Positions 13,853 to 27,433 of a stretch of DNA of 64,000 nucleotides are shown in pieces. Within the stretch, counting starts at the first letter, position 1. Every line of letters begins with the position of its first letter. Source of the DNA: Microbotryum violaceum (lineage: Eukaryota); assembly GCA_001244265.2 (NCBI GenBank), contig CDLV01000012.1, positions 248,001 through 312,000 of the forward strand, read 5' to 3'. The notes under the pieces were generated by a model. The model saw nothing but the letters and a program-made list of their open reading frames with translations, was not told the origin of the DNA and searched no databases. A program made the translations under genes and the position numbers.

Positions 13853-15672
13853 GATGACGACGACGCTGGTCTACGTGAGGGCTTGGCCAGGGAAAGAGAG
13901 AAAGGTGAACGGGAATAGGGGGAGGGGGGGCAAGACAGGGCGATCAACAATCAGGCTCGAGGCTGGGTGGGAGCAGGTGGACGCAGGGGGGGGGAGGGGG
14001 GCGAACGCGACGGGACGACCGACCCACGGCGCGCAAGCCCGCACCCGATGGACAGGAGCTCGAGAGATGACCCGTGCTGGCCAATCGACAAGACCTACAT
14101 GTGCGAGACGAGTTGAGGTCGGCGAAAGGCAGCGCAGTGATCTGGCGTCGGTAAGTAAGGGCAGGTAGGTGCGTGAGCCAGGCCAAGCCGGCTGCCTTCC
14201 ATTTTGGGCCGGGCTTGCTCCAGCAATGCTTCAGCTGGCTGCTGGGCAAAACTGCCAGCCGCGTCAAGCGGCTGGCGTGGGGCCGCCTCGCCGCAGCCGA
14301 GGGGTTACCTCTCCACACGGCGCCGTGTCGGGCCCCCGCTCGGCGTAGCTCCTCGTTGACACTGGTACGACGGTGGTTCATGTGGGTGAAAGTGATTCCT
14401 GTATCAAGCAAGGGAGACGCTACCGAGCTCTCAGTTTCTTCGCTTCCAGTACTAATTCATGATGCTTCGCGGACTATTGCGACGACTACTATGCTCCCAG
14501 TACTGGTACTAGGCTGAATTGGTCAGAAACTTCCATGTTTACATCCAGAAGCAAAACTGATGATTGAGCTTAGACGAATGAGTTCGGCTTTGTCAAGGCG
14601 GGCCACCGTTCCACTGTTGGCCCTGGCGAGGTCGATGCCGATGTTCTCGAGCAAAGTCGATGGCGAGCTCGCGTCGACAGGGGTGATGGCGAATTTGTGC
14701 GCGGGAGTTCGCAGCTCGAACAGAACGTCGAAATTTTCGAGAAAGAGCGCCCCTTGGGTTCGGACAGTCGGAACTATCAGTATGCGGTGCACAAATAGCA
14801 GACACTCGGTTGAAACAAACGGCAAACTTGAAGCTGAGTTCCGGTCAGCGCTCGCTCAAAATGTCGACTTGATGATCGTCCGAATCTCGGTCGTTCCGGC
14901 AGAGAAAAATTCAGTGAGTGAGACTTATTACAATTCTACACGATGTTCGCGGTCGACATACGGAGAGATTAGCAGATGCCTTTCTTGCAGAGCCGTTTCG
15001 CCTTTCGCATGATCATGTTGTGATCTGCGCATCGCTGCACGCGCCTCCTGCGTCAGTTCTTTTCCACTCGACCTGGCTACTGCTCGAACGCCGCTCAGAT
15101 TACTCGAGAAGTTAATAACCACAGTCGACGTCTGGGTCTCATCTTTAGCGTTGCCTTTTGTCTCGATTTTTGTTCTGTGGGGGGTGCGAGCTGTGCGGCG
15201 CCAGGTCCAAACTGTGTCAGCGTCTCCTTTTCCGACAGTCCCCGCGGGAGACGAGAGTGGAGGAAGGCTCGGTCGCCCAACCCTGGCCACCGTGGTCATC
15301 TCATCCCACTCACTCCTTTGTGTGCACGTGCAAAAAACACGGGGATAAGAGCTAAAAGATCGGGCCAGAGGTGAGAGTTTGGTAAGGAGGAAAACAGGTT
15401 GGCTCCTGCGCGGGGCGGGGGGTCCACGAATCGGTGGTGCAGTCCATGACGTGCATCACACTGCTGCCGCTAGATCGCGATTTCAATCCATCCTCTAATC
15501 GGCTCCTAATCGCCGGCTCGTGATGACGCTACATCCGAAGTCAAATTGAATTTGGAGTAGCTAGCACTTCTGCCAGTGATAGGGGATGGGACTTGCACCG
15601 CCGTTAAGAGGATGATACTTATTGAGCAGAGCAATCGATTTCGCCTGCACGCTTTCCGTTTCCAAGATAGTT

Positions 15673-16896
15673 CTAGTTCTCCAACAACCATTTCTCGACC
15701 TCCCACGCCCCTCCCCAAGGCACGGGAGTGCACTGCAACGGGCTTGTCTCCTTCTCGCTGACAATCCTCCTCGACAGCTCACGGTACATCCTTACCAGCG
15801 CAACATCACCCCTGTTGGATCCAGGATGACGTATGTCAGCATTTCTCGTGATACGACCCGGATTACTTCAGCTTTGTAACGCACTTCCGCAGCCTCAAAA
15901 GCGGGCAAAAGTCATTGCCTCCATCTCCAACGTAGACGACTCGGTCGTACGATTCCCACCCTCCGTTGCGAGCCATGTACGCATCCAGCTCTGCGCCTGT
16001 AGCATGCAAAGCCATCTCAGCTTCTGTTGATTATTCGCATGATTCTCGACATAGCCCCAACGAACCCTTGCACATATTCGGGCTGCAGCCAACTTTGCAG
16101 CCGTGCTGAGGCCCGTTCGGGTCAACTCGTCGGCGCAAGTCGAGGAGATTTCCCTTCCATTCGGCTGGGTTCGTGATGATTTCCTCAAAAAAGTTCTCCA
16201 TGTTGTGGTGCTGTTGGATGTTTAGGGATCGAGGAACATGAATGAGCTCGGAGATTGGAGCTCGGTCAGGCCGGTGTCTGGAGGTACTTTGAGAAGGGTG
16301 TTGATGTAGACGCTGTTGCTGTTGGACAAGCACAGGAAGCGAGTCTTGGAGTCGGTACGAGCTTTGGCGGTCTGCACTCCTCGCAACATGGCGGGGTGCT
16401 GGAGGACAGAATGAGGATGCCCGACATGTCAGAAGATTCGCTCCACCGGAGGCTCCCGTCGGTGTTCCCAACAGTCGACGTACGACGGGGAGACCTTGCA
16501 ACGACTCGATAATCTGTTGCTTCGTTGCACCCTTTTCGTTGAGTTTACGCAGGTGCAATGCTCTGTGGAAGCGAGAGTGAGGGGCACATGGGGTGAGCCG
16601 GGCGGTCGTTGCAGATCGTTAGAGAACGACACGTTCTCTTCGTTCGGAGGGAAGAAAGAGGGAACGCACACGTTGTCGGTCCATTGAACGGTCTTCTTGT
16701 GTTCCCTCAAGCTTACTCGCAACTTGGGATCGAGCACTTCGAGCACATATCGATCCGTGTCCTGATCTGTTGGAGGCGAGCGAGCACGAGCTGGACCACA
16801 GTCAGATATGTGTGCCAGAGAGCTAGGATTCAGAGCTTACTGACCTGCGAAGGACCAGTCAAAATCAAAGACGACTAATTGATTCTTGACAGCCAT
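15673..16896 (-). CDS. HAD-family phosphatase of the PHOSPHO1/PHOSPHO2 (pyridoxal-phosphate phosphatase) type, 7 short exons
   Basis: Manual splicing with GT-AG sites gives MAVKNQLVVFDFDWSFADQDTDRYVLE ... HPAM ... LSNSNSVYI ... IITNPAEW ... CSPNMCKG ... VYVGDGGNDFCP ... WGGAWEVEKWLLEN*. All HAD motifs are present and the frame stays open. Confidence 0.92.
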
Positions 16897-17283
16897 GATT
16901 CGTGAGGTGTGTGGGTGAGAAAGACGGATTGGAATGGGATCGGGGAAAGCGGAAGGACCTCGAGCTCCGATGCGGTGCGGGAGCGAGTTTGGGCTAATGC
17001 GGGATTTCGCACCAAGAGTAATGGCAATTGAGCGTGTTTCGCACGGTGCGAAGTGTGGCGCGTGGGCGCGGAGGAGTGCGCTCGCTCAACTTTCGCCTTC
17101 TTCCCGCACTGTATACGCCCGCCGTATTACATTTATGTGAGTGGCCGCGTGTTCAATTTCGAGAGTATACATCGTGACTGATAGTCTTCCTTGTTAACGT
17201 CCTTCGACCGCACTCTCGGTGACGTGCGACTGCCTGCTGCGATCGACTTGTTTTCGCACTCGCTCCGCCGCAGATATCACAGC

Positions 17284-19021
17284 ATGTCTCTCATCCTCGG
17301 TCTTTGGTAAGCCGGAGATGGACTGCATTCATACATGATATATCGGCTCTGACCCAGAGCTTGGTCCCATTCTCGACGTTTAGGTCTGTCACTCTCGAGC
17401 CGGGAAAGACCTACTCCCAGAACACAACCCCCGTAAGTTCTTTGTCTACCATCCGATTCCCAACGGATTGAGGAACATGTACTCACTCGAGAACGGTTTC
17501 CTTCACAGGCTATTCAAATCACCAACATCTCGGTAAGTAGTGTTTGCTGCCGGAGCCCATCGCGGTTCTAGTATCACATTTCGCCACTTTTGCCTCGCTC
17601 TTCCCACTTTCCGTTCTCCGCGGAGAGCAGTCCCAGTCCCTCCACGACTAATATGTTGTGTCTGTCTGCCCCTAGTTCGGTGCCGAAGTCAAGGGAGATG
17701 CTCGCACCGTCGTCAGCATGAAGTATCCCGATTGGGACCCCGAGGATTCGGATGAGGAGGAAGAGGAAGAGGACAAGGATGAGGATGAGGATGACGAGAA
17801 CCCGGTCGAGCTGCCCAAGCTCATCACCAAGGAGACCGTCCTCGCCGTCTTGAAGCCGAACGGCACTGAACAGGTCCAAGTCAACATCAACTTGGTCGAG
17901 GACGTCGAGGTTGTCGAGTTCTCCATCACCGGACCCAAGTAAGTGTTACCACTGCAGCCCGCTTACCCTCTCGTCGGTGCTCGGAGGGCCCACGTGGGGT
18001 CGGGGTCGCTCGCTTTCCGGGATATCTACCCAAGCTTGATTTCTGACTCTTGCTTCCGCGACTGGTTTTATTGCACCCTCTCAGCCCCGTTCACTTGCTC
18101 GGTCACTACATCCGCCAAGAGGACTTTGATCAAGACCCGTACTCGGACTCCGAGTACGACTCGAACGACGAGTCGATCCCTTCGGACCTCGAGGACGACG
18201 AGAACGAGGACGATGAGAGTGACCTCGAGGGTCTCTCCGGTTTGATCGACGACGACTCTGGGGACGAGGATTCTGAGGATGAGGAGATGGACGAGTCACG
18301 CTTCGAGGAAATCGCCCAGCCCAAGGCGGAATCCAACAAGCGAGCCGCCGAGGCCGCCCCCGACGCCGGTGACGAGTCCGTCTCTTCGACTCTGTCCAAG
18401 AACCAGAAAAAGAAGCTCGCCAAGAAGCTCAAGGGCGCCGATGGAGCTGCTGCTCCTGCCCCTGCTCCTGCTGCCCCCGCCGTGAAGGAAGTCAAGCCCG
18501 CTACCACAGTTGAGAAGAAGGAGGCTTCCAAGAAGGTGCGTCTAGTCCATGAAGCCAGACTCCTACGAATGCCAGCTGAACGCAGCGTTGCTCTTCCGCT
18601 CACAGTCCGCCACGCAAATTTTGGCCGGTGGTCTCCAAATCACCGATGCCAAAAAGGGTGACGGTCCCGTCGCGAAGAACGGCAAGAAGGTCGGCATGAG
18701 GTACATTGGTAAACTTGAGAACGGCAAGATCTTCGACAGCAACACCAAGGGTGCCCCCCTCGTCTTCACGCTCGGCCGTGGTGAAGTCATCAAGGGCTGG
18801 GACCAAGGTCAGTCCGGTCGGGTCACGGCGTCAGCGGTGCGACGCCTGCAAGCATGTGCTGACAGTCCTCACGTTTTGCAACAGGTGTCCTCGGCATGGC
18901 CGTCGGCGGTGAGCGCAAGCTCGTGATCCCCGCTGCGCTCGCGTACGGAAAGAAGGGTACCCAAGGTATCCCCGGCAACGCAACCTTGATCTTCGACGTC
19001 AAGCTAGTCTCGGTCAAGTAA
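17284..19021 (+). CDS. Nucleoplasmin-like FK506-binding PPIase (Fpr3/Fpr4/Fkbp39 type)
   Basis: Short exons [33 protein letters not shown], acidic and Lys-rich linkers, then FKBP domain [18 protein letters not shown]...[10 protein letters not shown]...[13 protein letters not shown]...YG. Confidence 0.93.
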
Positions 19022-19376
19022 ACGTCAACTCGGACCGCGTTAAAGCCACGAGATGGGTTGGATGAAGGCCGAAGAATCATGTGGGGGGGTGGACTACTTC
19101 CCCGGATCACAACAGTAAAACTATGAAGTGAAAATCTATAGAATCAAAAGAAGAATACATGGACTGTTACGCCTGTGTATTTCAGCTGTGGGCTCTGTTG
19201 CTCGCTGTCGTAGTTTAGTCGAGCTCGACTTGGAATGTGCTTCAATCTGAGAGTGGCACAGACTTAGTCCAATAACATAGACTTGAGCTAAATCCGAAAA
19301 GAAACAACATTTTGAGATACGAGGCAAAATCTAGATCGGAGGAAAACTGATTTACGTTTTTGGGCGAGACCGGCGG

Positions 19377-20572
19377 AGGACCCACGAAAGCCCAGCCATA
19401 GGTGGCCCTCTAAAAACGGCCTTTTTCGAGGCAAAATGTCCAATTTTTTTCCGGATTCTGACTGAGAATGTCCAAAAAAGAGGGCCGCCTAGTGTTGAAT
19501 AATTTCTCAATATTACTCTACAAGCTGTACAATGCTCAGTTTTTTTTTTGTGCTACGCGCAGACTGCATTCCCGCCGCGCGCGGGCGGGAAAGATTGCGC
19601 GCGCGCGCACCGAGCACCAAGAGCGGTGCCAGCGCGACCGCCAACGAGCCTTTTCAAAATGAAATGGACTCGAATAGGATCTCATCTTTGTTTATCATTC
19701 ATTTTATGGATCAAAATCGATATAATTTACATCTTAATGGAAGAATGCACGCCGAAATAAGGTTCTCAGCCGTGCGCCATATCCTAATATGTATGTGCCT
19801 AGAAATATCTGGGAAAGTCGGAGGAAATGCAGGTAAGCACACTGGCTAGGCCAGTAGTGTAGGACTCTTTGACCCTGAATCAGAATCGATCATACCCACC
19901 AAATCCCCCTTAGGTGTTTTACAGAGACACAAGGCCAGCCTTGCACTCCTGAATTGATGCCTAGAGCTCTTCGAATGCCATTTCGGTGATCGCGCGATCG
20001 GGTGATCGGTTCCAAAGAATCCGACGTGTATCGGCGGCGGCGAACCCTGGGAATCTTTGACCGACTAGGAAAAGAAATATAAGACTAGGAAGAAAAGATA
20101 TTTCTCGGCGAGAGAGCTTCCAGATCGAAAGGAAGAAGAGGAGACGTAGCTCGACAAGTCGGCGTTCCGAGCGAGAGACGATCAAAGCGAGAGACGATCA
20201 AAAAACGACAAACGATCGCAAATGTCTTACAGGAACAGCCCAATAAGTAGCCTCTGAGTAGTTCTAGTTACAACTTGCTCTTAGCCTATCGTTCGAGAAC
20301 GACAGATTGTATTTTATGCACATCAGAGGCACATACCTTACAGCAAATACAGACACTAACGCGCTCCAAACGCAAACAGCGCGACTGTTCACCGCGCCGC
20401 GCAGCTGGGCCCGGCTATGCCCTGCGGCCCTGCGCCTCCCGCTACCCTGGTCTGCGCTTCAAAGTTCGACCGGAGGGAGGAAAATGTCCAAAAATGAGGT
20501 GAGCCTCGACCCCTTTTGAGCCAAAAATGTCCAAATTTGCGGGCCGCCTCTGGCTGGGCTTTCGGGGGTCCT
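19377..20572. mobile_element. Non-autonomous TIR DNA transposon (AGGACCC family, copy 1), 8-bp TSD
   Basis: Left end AGGACCCACGAAAGCCCAGCCA; reverse complement of right end AGGACCCCCGAAAGCCCAGCCA; ACCGGCGG at both 19369-19376 and 20573-20580; repeated subterminal AATGTCCA motifs. Confidence 0.85.
19798..20180 (-). mobile_element. 3'-terminal fragment of the same LINE family as 39681-42022, nested in the TIR element
   Basis: Reverse complement aligns to ~41725-42022 (VSRSERRLVELRxLFFxSIWKL plus 3' UTR); small duplication at the 5' junction (~20170-20200). Confidence 0.85.
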
Positions 20573-20900
20573 ACCGGCGGTGCGTTCAAGCTCAAGCAGG
20601 GGGCGCTTGCTCGATCGCCCGATTGCTTGTTACCCACTGCCCCCCACTGCCCCGTGCCATCACAGACCATCACGCGGATACGAGTACGCGCCGCGGCGAA
20701 CAAATACAACCTCCTCATTCATATCAACAGACCGCTCGGGTTTGTTCAAAAACTCTTGGCGCCACTCTTCAATCGAGGCCAGCACCTGCCAGCGAGACCG
20801 TCACAACGCGTGTCAGCTAGTATCCGCAGAGGCGTCATCAATCTCCAGCCGTCTGATCGTATACCGACCTCCAGCCACATCTACCTGATTGAACATCATC

Positions 20901-22684
<1,784 letters not shown>

Positions 22685-23211
22685 ACCACGAAGAATTCGG
22701 GCTGTTATGCTCTAGCTCTTAGTCGCTTGTTGAAACAGTTAGACTGGATAGAGTCGCCTCAGATCGATCGCCAAGGGGTCCGTGCGAGTGACTTGTGGTG
22801 AGAAAGTCGACGACCTACAATACAAACTCACGCGCGCGCACTGCTCGCGACGCCTTTCACGACGCAGCGACGCAGTGACGACGTTCTGCGATTCCTGTGC
22901 CAGCGTTGCTCATCGAGACCCGTGGTGACCATCTCTGTTGGATACAGTTGTCGTGTTCGTTGACGGTCCCCGTGCGAGGTCTAGGCTCTCCTCCTCTCTC
23001 CTCCGTTCCCTGCCGCTTGCCGCGTCGTTGTCACAGCCAACCCCCCGCTAGCCCTGCTCCCTCCCCCTCTGCTGCCATCGACTCGGTCGCACGACACCCC
23101 CCACCCGACATCTACACCCACACCCACCCCTGCTGCGCCTAGCCAACGCCTAGTGATCTCACAGAGTAGGCTCGCATCGTAACCGTGGCGGTCATCGTGG
23201 CAGTCCAGAGG

Positions 23212-26200
23212 ATGAACGGTACAGAAGAGACGATGTCGCCCGCCGCGGCGTTGTCCTCCGCGTTGCCGCTCTCGTCGTCGTCGTCGTCGTCGTCGCAGGC
23301 GCTCGCCGCTCGCAAGCGATTGACGCCCGCGCTGAGCACGACCACCCTCGACGCCACTTCCAACAAGAAACCCCGCCTCGACTCGGCGCTCCCTTCCATC
23401 GTCCAGGAGGATGACGAGGACAAGTCGGAACAGGAGATGCAGCTCGAGGTCAGTTCATCATTTCGTCCTCGTCCGCGAAGGCCTGGGAGGGCGTCGTGGC
23501 GAATGCGTTCGAGAGCACACTCGACTGCACTCCCCACACTCCCACAGACTCCAGCCGTGAACAGTTGAGCGCCCATTTTCTGACCTACGCGATTCTGTAT
23601 TCTGTGATCACGTGTAGAGCTTTCGCAAGCAGGCCATCTGGCGCGAGATGCGAGAATACCGACGCCGGTTCGAGCACGCGCAACGCCAGGTGGAACAGTT
23701 GACGCTCCAAAACGCTCATACCCAAGCTCGTTTGGCCGCAGTCGATGCTAGTTGGAGCTTGGTCAGTCTGGACAAACGAGGTGATGTTGATGGATGTGCT
23801 ACTGACCACAGACTGCTGTCGCTACTGTCAGCTCGTGAGGGAGGCCGATCTTCTGCTGCCTTCGACTTCGACCGCTTTGAACGGTCACTCGTCGAATGCT
23901 GGTACGTCTTTACATCGCGCCCATTCAAAATACGCAGTAGATCCTAAGTCCGCACGGAGTATTCTCATAGCTCTCACACCCGCCGTCTCGGATCGATCCT
24001 TGACCGAAGAGCAACTCGACGAGGCGCTCGCACAACGCTCGGCCGCGACCAAAGCCCTGCTAGGTCGATTGCAGACTTTGCATCCTTCCAACGCCTCCAC
24101 ATCTGATGAAAAGGTGGCAGACCTTGAGAATCAATGCCGTGAATTACTCAAAGAGGTACGCTGATGCCGAGTCAACCCTGGCGTGCGGTACTCGTGGGGC
24201 TCGGGAGCTGACATTCAAATCTCGATTTCACCACTCAGGCGACCCGCTCGCAGGAAGCTCTTCGACTGCTCCGACAGCAACACGAGCAAGTCGTTGAACA
24301 GGTCGAAGATACGCAAAAGCGACTCGCTCGCGCCGAGAAGAAGTTCGACCGTGCGCAATCGAGCACCGTCACCACCGTCGAGGGACGAAGTGGACCGACC
24401 AAGGGGACCGCTTCCGGATCGTCATCCCCTAAAATCGGCGCCAACCCCAATGGAATTGATCCTCATGGACCGAATGGCATCAAGGCCGAATCCGCCGCCG
24501 CCGCTCGACCAGCCTCACCTCTGGGTCCGCGCCCCACCGTCATCGATCCCGAGCTCCTGGAGGAGCTACATCAGTTGCGTTCGATTGGACAGATGCGCGC
24601 ACAAGAGCTTGACGAACTTCGAGGGGAGAGGGTTCGCCTTCGATCCGAGGTCGATGCTTTGAAGACCCGACTCGTCGAACTGCCGGAAGATGTCGTATCC
24701 GAATCGACGCCTTTCAAACTGATGCAAAACTACGTGCAGCATCTGACGGTCGAGATCGAGCTCCGCCGTGGCGAGCTCGAAAAGCTCATTGCTGAAGTCG
24801 AGGTGCTACGTGAGGGGCAACAGGGGTTCAAGGCCAAAACGTTCAAAGAAGCGAACGAGCAAGTCGAAGAATTGCAGAAGCGCATGCTGGCCAAGGAGCA
24901 AGACTTATCGAGGATCCGAGCGCAGCGAGAGGACCTGCGAGCCGAGGCGAGCGAACTCAAAGCGAGGGATACGGAAAAGTTCACAAGCGTCAATGACCTT
25001 AACGTCTTGGTCAAGTCGAGGGAGGACCGCATCACGGCCTTGCTGTCCGAGGTCAGGAGGCTCAAGATGGTCAAGGCGGCGAGCGAGGGGGATGCCAAGC
25101 GTGTCGAGATGCATGCCGCCGCTGACGAAGAGGATCTCGTCAAGGATCTGTCCTCGCGGATCGAAAAGGCCGAGGCTTTGCTGCTTGCGCTGAGAGATCA
25201 ATTGCACTCGTACGCCGCTGCGGCTGGAGCCACTGCGAACGGTGCGATCGACGCCTCAACGATTGTTCAATCCGAGATGGATGCACGCAAGGAACTGAGC
25301 GAGGCCAAGGCCCAGCTCGCGAAGTTTGAACCGTTGTTCGGTCCGGGCCCGGAATACTCGTCGGAAGCTTTGGCACGGAAGATCACGGCAGCGACGGAGA
25401 GACTTGCGGTTGCCGAAGCGCAAGTCCAGAGCAACGAGCTCGCTACGAATATGCTCTACAGCGAGATCGATCGGTTGTCGGCCGCGTGGTCCACGTTGGA
25501 CGAGCAGCAGTCATCCAAGGCGGCGCAGTTGCATGCACTTGAGGAGAAGGTCCATCGCTCGGCGACCGAGAAGACCAAAGCGGATAACCGGTACTTTCAG
25601 ACGATGCGACAAAAGGAGGCGCTTGTCGCCGAAAATGCCGTCCTGACTAAGCTCGCGGACAAGCAGAACCGAGCCCTCGAAGCGGGTGAGGAGGCTCGAC
25701 ACGCGCTCGGTGATCGATTGGCCGCGACCGAGAAGGAGATCACACTGCACCAGCGCAACCTTCGCTTGCATCAGGATCAACTTGCGCGGCTCAAACGGGA
25801 GAATGTCGACTTGACGCTTAAGCACGACCAGCAGGTGAAGGTCGTTGCCGAATTGCAAGCCTTGCTGAACGAGCGTGTCGCCCAGGCCGAGCACGAAAAC
25901 GCGGGCAAGCGACGAGCCGAGGAGTCCATCCAAAGGCTCGAAAGGGACCTCGCTACAGCCAAAGCCACAGTCAAGACTCAGTTGTTGACCGGTGGAGGCG
26001 CCGGCTCTTCCAAGGATGAATCCACCCAATTGCGCGAGCTCAAGAGCTTCAACGACGACCTGTCCAAGATGCTCAAGTGTTCGACGTGCAACTTGCGCTT
26101 CAAGAGCGTCATCATTGACCGATGTCACCACCTGTTTTGCAAGGACTGCATCGATGCGCGTCTGTCGAACCGGCAACGCAAGTGCCCGACATGCGGAGCG

Positions 26201-26239
26201 GCTTTCGGCAAGGACGATGTTTCGACCGTCTACTTCTGA
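23212..26239 (+). CDS. BRE1: E3 ubiquitin ligase Bre1 (histone H2B)
   Basis: FRKQAIWREMREYRR, long coiled coil, KTKADNRYFQTMR (Bre1 domain), C-terminal C3HC4 RING CSTC...CHHLFCKDC...RQRKCPTC. Confidence 0.93.
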
Positions 26240-26499
26240 GAAAACCTCTGCTTCGGTGTCTTCGTCATGGCTGGGCCATCTCCGTTCCCTTTGTCGCCGG
26301 CTTCTAACGGCGTTTATATCAGACCCGATCTTCCAATGGGACCGCACCATCCGCCCCCGCTTCGAAAGCTGTATGATAATTTATTGTATACAATGTAACT
26401 GAGTGCCTGTTCATTATGAGGGTCTATGTCTACATTACAGATGCTGGATACGATGCCATCCCACGTGAGAACTTCCTGGCCGCAAATTGATGTTTGGCT

Positions 26500-27300
26500 T
26501 GCCTCCGTGCCATCATCTCAATAGCCAGCGTACTCCTGGCTTTGCCTGACACGACCTTGACGGAGAAACTTCATTTCGCACGACCAGTGGATCCAAAGCC
26601 TTATGCACGACTTCTCCTCGTGTGACGTGATGCTCGTACGAGCTGGCTTGTCGATCGTCATTCCAATCACCACCGTCGAAGCATTTTATTCACTCTCCCC
26701 CTGAATCAATCCGACATGGCCGTTCATTCGTCGGCTCGAGCGGGTCAGACAGGATTTTATCGAATAGGGGGACGAATCGAGGCAGGGAACTGGCGAAGCA
26801 ACGATACATCCCGGCATGATCGGCGGGGTAAATAATGTTATTTTCGATCTAGACGTTTCCGTTGGGATCGAAGGTAAAGTCTGAAGGGAGCCATGAATAC
26901 ATTTTTCGACCTGAACACAGAGTTAACGTCGGTGTTGGCCGGAGCCAGAGCCGCTCCGGATTCGTCCGCCACACGTTTTCGAGAGCCGTCGTCCTGTAGC
27001 TGATTCAGGGTGGTACGGTCAAAAAACGAGCGGGCAGAGCGACGAACGGATCAGATCCTGGGTCTGCGTGCTGGACCGATTTGAGTATGCAGTGGCTGCT
27101 CGTAACGACAGGTTATGTTCAAGCTCGCCAAGAGGGCCGAATGAACGTGTCGGGTATGAGCCATCCCGAGTCGTAGACCGCATCGGCACCCGCCATCCGA
27201 GAATGCGAGAAGCTAGCAACTGCGAGTTCCGTTGGTGGTCAAGATAGGTCCGGGTTCTGTGACAGCTACAGCGGCGATGACACCCTTTTTCCGAATCGAG
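26500..27300 (-). pseudogene. Degraded DUF4246-like gene
   Basis: Frame-shifted, stop-containing fragments DLIRSSLCPLVFDRT, YSWLPSDFTFDPNGNV*IENNIIYPADHAGMYR...FVPLFDKILSD resemble DUF4246 motifs DLVHPSLxPLxxGRT and QWLPxDF...YINNLHP (recalled from memory). Boundaries approximate. Confidence 0.55.
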
Positions 27301-27433
27301 AAAGTCCACGAAACGAATTATAATTACTTCCCCGCTCTTAGCGGACTGATGCGATAATTACACGTGGATACAGCACTTAGCAGCGCAATGGGCAAAATTA
27401 AAGTGTACACGTTGAATAAGGTTCGTAGACCCT

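Noticed and set aside
14400-15460. Possible small spliced gene (ORFs on both strands, splice-like signals)
   Set aside because: No recognisable motif and no consistent gene model from start to stop.
25511-26350. Long antisense ORFs (here and e.g. 56943-57770, 33372-34079)
   Set aside because: Shadows of GC-rich coding exons on the opposite strand.
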